This document shows, in pieces, positions 24,526 through 37,380 of a stretch of 64,000 nucleotides of DNA (its first letter is position 1; each line of letters opens with the position of its first letter). The notes beneath the pieces were generated by a model. It was not told the DNA's origin. It saw nothing but the letters and a program-made list of their open reading frames with translations, and did no database searches. The position numbers were made by a program, and so were the translations under genes. This DNA is from Octopus sinensis (taxonomy: Eukaryota), in NCBI RefSeq assembly GCF_006345805.1, contig NC_043003.1, positions 21,638,001 through 21,702,000 on the forward strand, written 5' to 3'.

Positions 24526-26649
24526 GAACTATTTTTGAAATGTCTTAAGCATTACATCAATATATAGACAAAACAATTCTGTCTGTAAAACACATCCACC
24601 CAGTTCTCATGTGTGATATTTACCACAATCTGTCCTTAAAGAGCTGTCACTGTTATCTCCCTAATATTTTTTGCTTTCTTCATCACTTTATTTTGTAGTT
24701 GAATTCTTTGAACATAATGTCTTGGCTTGCTCCTTCTAATTCTTAATTGATTACTAACCACTTAACATTAACAAAATCATATAGTCATGTTGACAATACT
24801 ATGTTGCAGTCCTGCGGGTTTACACTACAATGTATTAATGTTAAACAGTGTTAAGCAGTGCTTCGGTGTGTAGTGCAGATAGTAGAGATGCATTGCAGTA
24901 GAGGTGCATGGCTTGTTGGTTAGGGTGTTAGACTGACAATTCTAAGATTTTGGCTTCACTTCCTGGACTGAGTGATGCCTTGTGTTCCTGAGCAAAACAC
25001 TTCATTTCACATTGCTCCAGTCCACTCGGTGTGGCTTAGTGGTTAGGGAGTTGGACTCGTGATTGTAAGATTGTGGTTTCAATTCCTGGACCGGGTGGTG
25101 CCTTGTGTTCTTGAGCAAAAAACTTCATTTCACATTGCTCCAGTCCACTCAGCTGGCATAAATAAGTAGTCCTGTGACAGACTGGTATCCCATCCAGGGA
25201 TGTGGGGGTGATGTATATGTGCCATGAAAACTGGGAAACCATCCCTGTGCGTCTATATGACTTGGGAAGGATCTATTGCAATAGAATGGAGTGTAGTCAA
25301 TATAAATACGGCAAATTCTGCCAAGGTCGACTTTGCCTTTCATCCTTTCGGAGTTGATAAATTATATACCAGTTACACACTGGGGTTGGTGTAATCGACT
25401 AGTCACCTCCCCAACAATTTCAGACCTTGTGTCTATAGTAAGAAAGAATATAAATACTGTAGAGTGCAGTTAACAAATTAGCATTTAGTGTGTGGTAAAA
25501 TTGATAAAAAGAATACAGTAGATTGCCATAAGAAGAGGAAAATCCAATGTTTCAGAGTTCTTCTTCAGGGTAAAGTTGAAAGAAGAGAAATTCATGAGAG
25601 ACAGCAGAGTTTTACACCCTTTATGTGAAAATTCTGTTCTCTGAACATTAATTTTTCTCTTTTTGACTTTATCCTGAAAGCATACTCTATCCAAAACATT
25701 CAATTTTCCACTCTACGTCTTGCCAATGCAGACCCACACCAGCCTCATTGGAGTCTGTTTGACTCTTTAGTGAATGTGTATATCTATTATTTAGGTTATT
25801 ACTTTTACTTCTTGTAATGGGGGACATTGTGTACTGTGTCAAAGTGTGTAGCCAAGTTTTAATTACCCTGTCAGAAATGCATGAACGTCACAACATCCTT
25901 TTTGACCTCACTGTTTTATTAATAAGGGGTTTGAAAATCTAATTCATCATTTTGACTATCATAATCAGTGGAGCAATAGATTGGCAGAATTGTTAAAGTA
26001 TCAAATAAAATGTTCTTTAGATTCTCAGTTCAAATTCTACTGAAGTCAACTTTGCCTTTTACCCTTACAGGGTTTATAAAATAAAGTGCCAGTCATGTCC
26101 TGGGGTTCATATAACCAACTAACTTTCTCCTTTCAAAAAATTTCAGGCTTTTTATCTAAATTAGAAACTAATGTTATCAGTAGATTAGTTAAAACAGGAT
26201 TAAAGAACTAAATTAGATACTTTACATTGTCAAGTTGAGTAAGTCCTCCTTCACATCTCAGACACAGAAGTATGCATCTTTTAAGGCACTTCCAGTGACA
26301 AACAAGATAACATCTAGGTGGAGTGAGGGAACAGAAAAACAGTTAGTACAATATTGGTAGCACCTGTATAGCAGTATGTCTCTCTTTAACTATCACATCA
26401 ACTAACTATGAACTGCCTTCTCCAGTAATAGATGCTATGAAAAAAATAGCATTTGTCACATGGCATCCTACTGACCAATAGGAATCAAGTTAAAATTTTT
26501 AAGATGCTGCAGAACCTGATATTTGCATTTGAATTTTAGTCATAATGTGAAATAGAAATGAGAATCCCAGAGCAGGGCAATGATAGAGGGAAACCTCACT
26601 CACAAGTATATATATGTATAGATTTGTATTTATATGTCCATATGTATTT

Positions 26650-26880
26650 TTATGTGTTCAACTCAAGAAGACTCTCAATCAAACCAAGGTCGTTGGAATT
26701 CCTGTTTGCAGATGACTGTAATTTGAAGTCTTTGATACAACAATGAATGAACAAATTTATTCCTGTGATAACCTCAGTTTTCAACATCAGCACAAAAAAA
26801 AACAAAGCTGAAAGCATGTACAAACCAGCCCCTCACAAGGATTATTATGTGGCACCTTTGATCATTATCACTGTTTACAT
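26650..26880 (+). mobile_element. RTE/BovB-like RT fragment
   Basis: FNSRRLSIKPRSLEFLFADDC, a decayed 'FNLRRL...LLFADDC' RT active-site region. Confidence 0.6.
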
Positions 26881-27649
26881 GTCTTAGCAGCTTTGTCCCA
26901 AAACTCATTCATATTAATGATAAAGTCAACAGCAGAACTGCCAAAATCAACATCATCTTTGAAAGAAGGGGCTCAGCTTCTAAGCCAAATTGAGTTCTAT
27001 AGAGCCATTGTTCCTTGTGTTTCTGCAAACTTTGCTGTGCTATTAGAATGTGAATGCTTTATAGTAGACTTACCAGGAAGCATTATATATTCCACCTGAA
27101 TTGTATGCACAAATTGGTGCACTTTCATTAGTGGGACAAGGTCCCTGAACCTTAGGTTCCTCATTACATAGTCTTCCTTCTATGTGGATCCCAGCTGCAC
27201 TAATCTGACCACATTGCCAGAATAAATGAATAAATGACAAACAGTTTCTGAAATATCTTTTGTACAGCAAATTAGTATAAGGCAAATGTTTTGTTAGTTC
27301 ACAGTGTAAACACTGCAAGGGTACTCTCAAGGCTTCCTTAAATCCAGAATCATAACACAGCATGACTGCTGAAAGATCTACCTGGCTCTGTTTTATAAGA
27401 CATAGTGACACAGTTGTGGGAATAGTCCAGGAACAGATGGGCCTGAGTGCAGGAGGGAGCTGAGTGAGTCCAGAGTTGCTAGTGCATTGACAAAGAAAAG
27501 GACTTCTTGGTCACTTCTGAACATATCATTGAGTGATATTTTGGTCATCATTCATGTAGATGTATGAACAAGGATGTGTATATATGTATGTAGAGGAATA
27601 TTAAAAACTTCTTTTATCATTTGTTATGCACAAGCCTTGAAAAGTGTTT

Positions 27650-28020
27650 ATTATTATTATTCCTTCATAACACAGTGTAGGTAAAAATGCACCGGAGTCT
27701 TTAGTCATCTATTAAGTCACAACAAGGACCTCAAACAGATAATACTTTCCTTAAGATGTGCACTGTGCTCAGTAAGGCTGCTTTTTGCAAGACATCAATC
27801 TTGCATGGGATTTCCAGTTGCCTGAAGTCTTGAAGTTTCAATGGGATTGAGCCCCAGCGCTCTGATCACCACTGGTATCACTTCTACATTATCCTCTCGC
27901 ATTCCATACAGTCTTGCCATTTCCACTTTCAATTCAGAGTACTTGGTGATTTTTTCAACCTCTTTACTCACAACATTCATGTCACTTGGTATGGCTATAT
28001 CAATGATCTGACTCAATATT
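27650..28020 (-). mobile_element. R4/Dong-clade LINE 3' end with restriction-like endonuclease motif
   Basis: IIDIAIPSDMNVVSKEVEKITKYSELKVEMARL...VIPVVIRALG, then LQKAALLSTVHILRKVL. Bounded by (AAT)n/(ATT)n runs. Confidence 0.8.
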
Positions 28021-28512
28021 ATTATTATTATTATAATAACTACTACTAAGGCGGCAAGCTGTCAGAATCGTTAGCATACCAGGCAAAATGCTTAGTGCTA
28101 TTTCGTCTGTCGCTATGTTCTGAGTTCAAATTCCACCGAGGTCAACTTTGCCTTTCAGCATTTTGGGGTCGATAATTTAAGTACCAGTGAAACACTGGGG
28201 TCAGTGTAAGTGACTAGTCCCCTCCCCACAAATTTCAGGCCTTGTGCCTATAGTAGAAAAGGTTATTATCATATTACTATGACACTTCAGTATTGTGCAT
28301 GATACTAAAACTATGATGTATTTTGATGAATTTATTGATATGCCTTGACTTATTTATGTCTTTTTACATTTTTTCTTGTTTCTCTTTTTTCTTTATCATC
28401 TTGCATCCTGCTTTGCTCCTGGGCATTACATTTATTCATCCGCTGATTCTCCCCCAAATGACATGCTTGTGATTGCTGTTCTCATCCAACACAACTAAAC
28501 AAACGTTTAAAG

Positions 28513-28586
28513 AACGTACTGCCCCTGAAGACACTCATGACCGAATACGGCTTTCATTCACGGCCAAGGACAAACACGAAGAGAAA
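28513..28586 (+). CDS. PHKA: Candidate alternative exon X of PHKA (ERTAPEDTHDRIRLSFTAKDKHEEK); possible longer donor at 28616
   Basis: Starts at the first AG after a 220-nt AG-free pyrimidine-rich zone. Open in the required phase-1 frame. Donor AAA|gtattt gives 74 nt; AAG|gttact gives 104 nt. Both are phase 0 out. Confidence 0.62.
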
Positions 28587-28937
28587 GTATTTGCACGACT
28601 CAGTCGCTCTTATAAGGTTACTACTTCATCTTAATCCTGTTGTATTTAAATCTTAACCTTTTTATTACCATATTTCTCTTGAAATAAAATGCCTTTGTTT
28701 CAGTTAGTTTGGAATTAATGAAGAATTCTGTAAAATAATTTCATCATTATTAAACCAGTGTTTGGAACAAATTAATCTGAAATTTTGATGAAAGGTATTA
28801 ATTTAGATAATTTTTTAATTGGAAATTTGTATTATAGTCTCAGGCAGGTTGGTATCAAAAAGGTTAGTCTTTGTTTTCAATCTCGTTTTTTTCACAAGCA
28901 ATCAAAATCAGAAAATTAATTAATTTACAGATTTGTA

Positions 28938-29411
28938 TTAACCCTTTCATTACTGTATTTATTTTGAGATGCTCTGTGTTTCTTTCAATTATTTTAAATA
29001 TAACAAAGAATTTAGTAAAATAACTTTGTTATCATTAAGCTAGTGTTAGGAAAATAAATTGTGTCTAAGGTTTGGTGGAAGATTTTAATTCAAAACTTAT
29101 GAAAACATGACATTTGTACTACAGAGGTGGTTTCAGTCGGGTTAGTACCAAAAGGGTTAAGAATTGTTTCTCTATTATATATTTTAATTCTTTTGTTACT
29201 GTATTTATTTTGAGATGCTCTGTGTTTCTTTCAGTTATTTTAAATATAACAAAGAATTAGTAAAATAACTTAGTTATCATTCAGCTAGTGTTAGGAACAT
29301 AAATTGTGACTAAGATTTGGTGGAAGATTTTAATTCAAATCTTATGAGAACAAGACAATTATACTAAAGAGCCAGAGCCAGTTTTAGCCGTGTTGGTAAT
29401 GAAAGGGTTAA
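28938..29411. mobile_element. Two adjacent copies of the piggyBac-type MITE
   Basis: Direct repeats of ~225 bp separated by ~23 bp, each bounded by TTAA. Confidence 0.7.
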
Positions 29412-32400
29412 TTAATGTTTTCTAAAATAGTTCTGGTAAATTCTAAGATTCTATGTTGGCAAACTTTTCACAGTTTCAAAGGCAAGATAGCAAGGTTGCA
29501 TGAGGAGTTACTTTTATATCAGCTATTGCTGATAAAAACTCTAACAAATACCAAATGATGACATTGTGTTGAATGCTTCCTTGAAAATAATAATTTTAAC
29601 CCTTTAACTTCAAATTTAAAATTTATGGTTATTCCTGTAATGATGTTAAATATCTACCAAAAAATAGAATTGGTATTTCTTGCAAGTTACACTGCCTCGA
29701 TAAACTTGATATAGTTCAATGAAAAATAATTCCAAACATAATATTCCTCATTGAAAGATAGATTTGTATAAAAATTGCTTTCCGCAGTTAAAGTTAATGA
29801 AATTTTGAGTGGATATCTCTGATTTCTGCAATAAAACAGTTAAAATAACTTAAAAAGAAAATATCTAAGTATTTTATTTTATTGTTCTATTCTGTCTCAT
29901 TTGAATAACAAACAGCCTAACAGGCAGCCTTTCACAAAGTTTCTGTCCATAAAATTTCATTCGCATGCCTTTGGTTGATCTGAAGTGTTATTTGTCCAAG
30001 AAGCAGTGCAGCAGGTTTGAACCTAAGACTTTGTGACTGAGAAGTGAACTTCTTAACTATTTGATCATGTTGTGCATTATTGCATATAAACAATAATAAT
30101 GCTAAATTGCTCGCATTTTAGTTATATATATATATTATAATTATATTTATATTATTATTATTATCTATACAAAATTTTCCCTGCAGGCCACTTGATATGA
30201 TCATTATTCTAAATAATGGATTTATCCTTGAGATAGATATATATATATATATATAAGATGAGGTGCCCCTGGGCAGAGCCCAGTGGTTGGAACCAATTAA
30301 AAGTAAAGGGAAACAAACAGTCCTATCCACTTCCATTATGTGTTTGTAGATATGTATGTATATATAATGTAAAATAATTTGTTTTTATACCAAACATTAT
30401 CCCTGCCTTAAATCAGCTGAAAAAGACCAGTATTTATTTTCTCAAGCATATTGATGATTTAGGCATTTTAGGGTTAATTAATAGTATTTGTTCCATGTCA
30501 CACATTTCAGAATGTTAACCCTGTCTTGAATGACTTTATTCTTTAATGGTCAAGGACCAGTAAAACAATAATGTACTATATATCAGACAATCTTCTGTCT
30601 CCTCTCCCTTCTCCCTCCTATTGAAGTACCCATGATACCTATTTCTTTATCATACTCTAGCCTCTCATCATCTGGCATTACTCACTCCTCAGTTCAGGGG
30701 CCTTATCTTGTAAGATATTTAGTGACCTCACTGCTGCAGGTGCCTCATAAAAAAGCACCTAAAGTGCTTGGCATTCAGAAGGACATCCAGCTACAGAAAC
30801 CATGCCAAAGCAGACAGCAGAGCCTCATGCAGTCTTCTGACTTGCCAACTCCTTTCAAACCATTTGATGGTGCAGCCCTCAGGGTCATTAAGGCATACAA
30901 GGCACCACACCACATCAAGAATTAGACCTTATGTTAGAAGATGGTATTTTGAACATAATTTAACATGAAATTTTGTTGCAAGGTTTAAATCACTTTGAAA
31001 CAGGAAGTTTGCATCATAGGACCAAAGCCAATCTTGGGTAGGTTACTATCAAAGGGTTTAAAAGTTTATCATACATAGTTATTCTCTATTGATATTTTCT
31101 ACTTCTCATAGGCCAGTAACATACTTAGTTCCAACTTCTAGCCCAAGATAATTTATTGGAAGAGGTCACCAAATTAATATTTAATGTCACTTTATCACTG
31201 AAAACCAGATTAGTTTTGTTGATGTTAAATCAGGAATAATTAATAAATAATAATTAGGAAATTGTTGCATGCATATGAATTCAAGGCAAGGTTTATGAGC
31301 GTAAAGTTGTTCTCAATACTTATTTCTAATAAATTACCTCTTTTTTTTTTTTTATTTCTTAGCATTTGTGTTTAGAGAAAATGAAAATATTTCCCTTATA
31401 ACTTTGTAAATGCTGCAATTATTTTTAAAAATATGTATATCATAATTCTATCTTCAATTTTCTTGACTCTCTAACTTCCATGTTATATATTAACTATGTT
31501 ACTATTTGTTTCTTTATACTCTTTTACTGGTTCCACCCACTGGGTTCTGGTCATAGTGAGGCACCTCATCTGAATATTAAATGTATTTTTGACTTTTAGT
31601 TGCAGATTTATATTTATTATGTTTCTGTTGATGTTGTTGTTCATTTGAATTTCAAATTTAATCCTTGAGGGTCATCAGGTTGATTTGTCTACAGCTTACT
31701 ATTTTTTTTTTACTTTTATGGCAAGAAAGATGAGCTGATTATTTCAAGAATATTTATGTTTTATCTCTGTCTATTGAGATTTGGACATTTTTTTTTGCAG
31801 GATGTTGAATAATAATAGCCTTTTTATATTGTTTTGCATATCATAAAAATTGTTTCTGTTTTCTTCAATGTAGAAATGTCTCAAAGCCTTATTTCCAAAG
31901 AGCTAAAACCACAAACCAATTTCTAATGAAGTGAAAATTTATGGAAACTTTAAAAAATATTTGTTGTGTATCAGAACTCAATATGTTTCCAATGTTTAAT
32001 CTCTCTCTGTGTCTCTCAAACAAATATATATGTATATGTTTTTGTGTGTTCCTTTAATATATCTTTTTTTGTATATTTTACTTATTTATTTGAGTTTTTT
32101 TTTATTTAGCTTATTTGTGGAGTCAACATTTTCAAAGTTCATTCTTCACCTTTTAGTCTATTTTCAAAGATAAATTCACTAATATAGTTTTGTAATTTTG
32201 AAGTCAATTCACTGAGATTAACTTTCTGTTAGGTTGAGCATAGCCAATGGCCAGTCCAGAGTTTCAGTCATTAATCTTATACAGAAGCAATTTTATCTAT
32301 CATAACAGAAAAAAAAATTCTAATGAGAAACATTTTCTTTGACCAAAAATGAAGAGGAAAGGCTTTTTAGATTTAAGTTCTTGGACCTAGAAAGTCGTTG

Positions 32401-32550
32401 AGGATATTCTATGAATCTATCATGAGGCTTTTGAATCACTATTATTTTAAAAGATTCTTTAAATGCTTACAGAAAATGAAAAATGACAGGTAGTGAGTAT
32501 GATAACTATATAACAAACAGATGCACGAGTCAAGGCTTCATGTCCTAGAC

Positions 32551-32863
32551 CAGGACTGGCCAACCTGAGGCCCATGGACCACATGCAGCTCGCAGACTTT
32601 TATCTTGCGGCCCACTTGATACTTCCTTGAAATGGGCTTATGTAAACAAACATTTAAAAACTTTTATCAAAAATTAAAAATTTTACTGAAAAGTAAAAAA
32701 GAAAGATACTACTGTTTTTGCAACGATAATATTTCATTCATTCATTATTGTAATAATAGCATAAGAAAAAAAATGCTTTCAATTCTGTCAGTATATAAGC
32801 GGCCCTTAGAAAACTTTCTGTGGTTAAAGTGGCCTGCAATGTAATTTGAGTTGGCCTGGTCTG
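32551..32863. mobile_element. hAT-type MITE
   Basis: TIRs caggactggccaac and (reverse complement) cagaccaggccaac. 8-bp TSD tcctagac/tcctagat. Confidence 0.8.
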
Positions 32864-33897
32864 TCCTAGATCATTTAATTGTGGCAGCTTTATTTAGTGG
32901 AACTCTCTTAAACAAACATAGATGGCTGCATTTTTGTTGATAACTCACAACATGACCCAGCTGAATATACACTTATCTACTACAAACAGAACTGAACTAA
33001 CTTTTATCTCAAATATAGAAAGCTAAATCAAAATAGTAATGGATACCATACGTTGCTTGTGTAAGATAGATTTACACATTTAACTGGTTTGGTTTACTCA
33101 AGAAATTATAGTAATTTAACGCATACACAAGTAGTAAATGTGTTTGTAACTCTCTGTTGTTATTACAGTGTATTCTTATATAAAGTGGTTGATGTAAGTT
33201 CTAAAATAAGCCTCCATCTATGCATTTTCTCCACTCACTGTTCCTGAGAGGGTTGTGGGTAAGAATTAGAGCCCTTGGTCACCACTTATATAAAGCCCTC
33301 TCAGAAGCAACTGTCTACACTCTCTGGATGGACTCTCAAGTGTGACCAAATGAGACTATGGATATTATTCAACCATCTTGTTTTCAGTCTACACCTGGAG
33401 GTCTCTTGTCCATTTGCTTGGCTTGAAGAATCCATCTTGTGATTCTTCACTATGACTTTCTAATCATATGTCCATAATACAAGATCTATGACCTCCCAAT
33501 GCAGAGAAATAGCAGCCTTACATGGAGAGACCCCATGATTTCCTAGCTATGTACCCTGTCGAATAACATTACTAATTTTCAAGTTATATTTTAATAGTAC
33601 TTCAAATTTCAGGGAAATCTCTTCAAAATTTCATTACACCTTTACTGGTTTCAACTTCTGGTCCATGGCCATGCTGGGGCATTGTCATAAATGAAATAAC
33701 TTTGGGTTTACTACTCTGAATTGACACCTTAGCTTTCACCAGTAGTTACAGCACACTTTTTGAATTGCTTCTATCTTTAAAAACACTCAATTTCTAAACT
33801 TTTATTTTATTTGCAGCTGGTCATAAAATATGACCCAATTTTACTTTTTTTTATTTTATATTTTCATTTCTATGTTGTCTCTCCTTTTGCTATAAAG

Positions 33898-33971
33898 ACA
33901 AACACAATGATGAAAGTATTGGGCGAGAAATTGTTCAGATTGGAAGGCGCCGTGAATCTGTATTTATTCAG
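33898..33971 (+). CDS. PHKA: Candidate alternative exon Y of PHKA (DKHNDESIGREIVQIGRRRESVFIQ)
   Basis: Polypyrimidine tract plus tataaag| acceptor and CAG|gtattt donor. 74 nt, phase 1 in and phase 0 out, bridging exons 12304 and 41132. Encodes an R-R-x-S motif in the position of the multiphosphorylation domain. Confidence 0.75.
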
Positions 33972-36900
33972 GTATTTCTCTAGTTAATCAAAGCATTGTG
34001 TTCTGGTTTGAAGACGCTCTGTTCAAAGAATTTTACATACTGAGACTGTGGTCGAATGGAAGGAAACAGATTTTGTCTTGTATTTATATTTAGAAGGAAT
34101 CCTATTTTGAATATGTCTAAAAAAAAAAAAAGATACAATATTTCTAATAATTTATTTATAATCAGAAATAATTGCATGAAATTTTGGTTATCCTGGCATA
34201 AAATTGAATTTTATTAGTTTTAGAAAAACTATAGTGTTATAGAATGAAATTAATGGAAATGGGCCAACAATGAAAATTTGAAATCCTTTGAGCATATCAA
34301 GAGTTATAGTTCCATTATAAAGGCTTTTGAAGAAACAAAACTGGAGGAGAAAACCAGAAAACATATAGATACATATTTTTGTTTGTTATATGAAGAAATG
34401 GGCTGAAAGACAGGACAAATATAGGAAAGATTATGGAGAAAAGTAATGAGTTATGCTGAGTATTATTCCTACTTCCAGTCTAATGTTATTTCATTATAGA
34501 CAAGGGAATTTTTGAGGAGGGGGCCTTGCAACCAGATAGATGGTAGAAGCATTGTAGAAGCTGAAGGAGAGTATATTTTAAAAAAAGAACTTTGTTTATC
34601 TTAATTTTGAAAAATAAAAGAAGTTTTAAAAAAACGCTTTAGTTGTGGGTCGACCCAATATATATATATATATATATAATCACAAAGTATAGAGTATTCT
34701 AGATCCTTTACAGTCAATCTTACCAATCAGTTTTGCACTGGGTATCCGGTTACTGGTCAGTTATGTATTAACTGTGTGCCCATCAGTGATGGCAGGTATG
34801 GAAAAAAGAGTATATCTATATATAATAGTGCTATTTCATTTGACCCATATAACAAGAATATTCTATTAATATGGAGGTCATTCTATTGACATAGATAGAT
34901 TGAACAATTGATATATAAAAAAAAAGACCCATTAAAGGAATTATTATGCCATGATATGGTTATCTTCATATTTCTTAGATGGGTTTTGTAAAATGGGAAG
35001 TAATGCTTTTTTTCAGATCTTTAAACAGTTTATCCAAAAAGAAAAAAAAAACTTCTTTGTTGTTCAACAACTAAAAGCCAGATGTTATTTCCATTTATCT
35101 TAAAATTACTTACCGTTTTATTTTAAGCAAAAGAGAAAGAAAATGCAAGTTCAAATATTTGTCATCACTTTGTGCAAGTTCAAATATTTGCTATCACTAC
35201 TTGACTTGTAAAACTGTCTGTAGTAGAGGCATCTCTCCAGTTTTCCAATTAAGTAGTTAGTGTTAAAAGCATGTGCCTTTTATTACCAGACTAAATCAGA
35301 GGATTGGTAGCTTTACTAAACCATTCATCTGTTGAAATTTGATAAAGATCTGCTGCTGTTGTGCCTTAGAGCTATTAACAATAGCACTGATTCAGAAGGA
35401 ATTCACAAACTCAAGAATTTTCAATACCTTGTCTATGATTAGACTGAAAACAATACTTGGACCAAGAATAAAAATTGTGACTTGTTCAGTCTAGGGGAAA
35501 CATAAAACTCTACAAGGCAGTGTTAGAACTGAACTATAAATAAATAAATAAAATAAGAGATTTAAAAGACTAGTAACTAGTGACAGCAATTCATGAATTA
35601 TTACAACAAGAAGCAGCAGATCAAGATATCAAGCTAGCTTCAGATTGGAGACTTGGTTTGGTCTAATTGTTCACAACAGAGTGAACTTCATCACAATGCA
35701 CTCAAGGGTCAGGTGGTGTTATCAGATAATGACAAAATGAATCTTCCACTTTAAGGGAATCCCTCCTCTTCACTATTAGATTGGAGAGGAAAAGTAATTT
35801 TTGAGTAAGGAAAAATCAACCCCCCCCCAGACAAGTTTGATAGATTAAGACTAGCATACTGCTTCCTGCTTGCTGAGTTTGGTTCCTCCCCTTCACAGGC
35901 TGAAAGTCCACCCTTCCCTTCACTATATCCACAGTTTTTCCTTATAAACCTGTCTATTGAATTAACACCATTATGTGTGAATTTGGTTTCTGTTTTGGGT
36001 GGTGGGAGGGGTTTTTTTTTGTTATTTTTTTTTCTCTATTAAATAATTCATTTGCATTTTATTTAAAGGTTTCTAACTGAGCCATTTATTCTTTTGGTGG
36101 TTGCTGTTGCTGTTATTTTCCCCCCAACCATCGTTGTTCTTTTTCATGTTTATTTCTCAAGTTTATCTTTTTCAACTGCCATTTTGCAGGTTTCACTAAT
36201 AGCCAACCACTCTTATAATATAAGGGGGTCTCTACCTGGTTGCTCACCCAATAAGAAATAGCAGCTAAATATCCCTCATGTTACACGTTAATGTCTTAAA
36301 AACAAAGCAAGGTCACATTGTATAATGTAGGTGTCTAAATGCATGACATCAGAACAAAAAAAGAAAATGGGATGCTCATGGCTGAAATACATTTGATTAT
36401 AGTCCAGCTAGATCAGGGTTGCCTGGGGCTAAACAACAGCTAGTAATATTGCCAGAATTGAACGAATAAAACTAAACTAAATAAATAGGCCAGAGAAGAA
36501 TTCAGTGACCTAATGAATGAAGTGTTGACTTCTTGATTAAATAACTGAGATTTGGCAGTTATTTCTAGCAGATTGAGCAACCTGGTAGAAGTTTCCACAT
36601 CCATATACTAAGTTAATCAATTATAATGCCACCCACCCCTCTTTTCTGGTCTTAGTTCCATAGAGAACAAATAAGTTCTTGAATCAAAATTTGGCTGAGT
36701 AAGGTGAACGTTTACTCAGGCAAATCTAATGCTTAAGAATTCACATCATTTTGAATTAATTATACCCTATGTCATAGTCTTGAGATTTTGCTGATGTGAT
36801 TGTTCATTTTTAGAATGACATTGTAGGATAGGTGTGAGAGGCTGAACCTAACCAGTTTGAACATGAAACTGGTAGAATATTTGGGTTGGATATGGTGAGT

Positions 36901-37029
36901 TTAAATTCTAAAAGGTTAAGAACCTATGTGAGCCATGTGATGATGCTGACCTAGCTAACAGTTTAAGTTTACAAACTATTATAATTATTCAATTTCATTC
37001 CCTGGAGCAGAAACATGGCCTCTCTTGAA

Positions 37030-37380
37030 GACTCTAACAAAGAGGATCAATGGTTTCGATAGCGGAGCCCTGGGAACCATCAAGAACATCATATAGTATT
37101 ATCATCTTTCCAACGAAGAGCTACGTGTGTGCATGCATCAGCTCACAGCCTCCCACCTCATAGCTATCCATCACATGTGCTGGTACAGACATATCCTCTG
37201 TCTCCTGCTAGATCATCCTTCCAGGGCTTTACATTCAGTCGATGCAGCAGCTGTAGGCTGGAAGAGGCCTTATGGCAGATCACACATCAGATAGCTGGAT
37301 GTGATTAAGGAAAATCTCCAGAGGTTCAATGCCATCTTGGAGGAAGCAGAGGGGCTGGCACAGATACAGAACACTGATGG
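37030..37380 (+). mobile_element. RTE-like LINE C-terminal fragment
   Basis: WYRHILCL...GWKRPYGRSHIR*LDVIKENL resembles the RWxGHV..RxRGRP..RWxDxI motif. Confidence 0.55.

Noticed and set aside
27070-27411. 113-aa minus-strand ORF
   Set aside because: No recognisable motif; adjacent to decayed LINE sequence; length compatible with chance.
32233-32495. Possible extra PHKA exons (RLSIANGQS... at 32233; aaaatgaaaaatgacag at ~32473)
   Set aside because: Phases are incompatible with the flanking exons, or there are in-frame stops and no suitable donor.
33817-33897. Upstream ttgcag acceptor for exon Y
   Set aside because: Use in the required phase-1 frame hits TGA after five codons.
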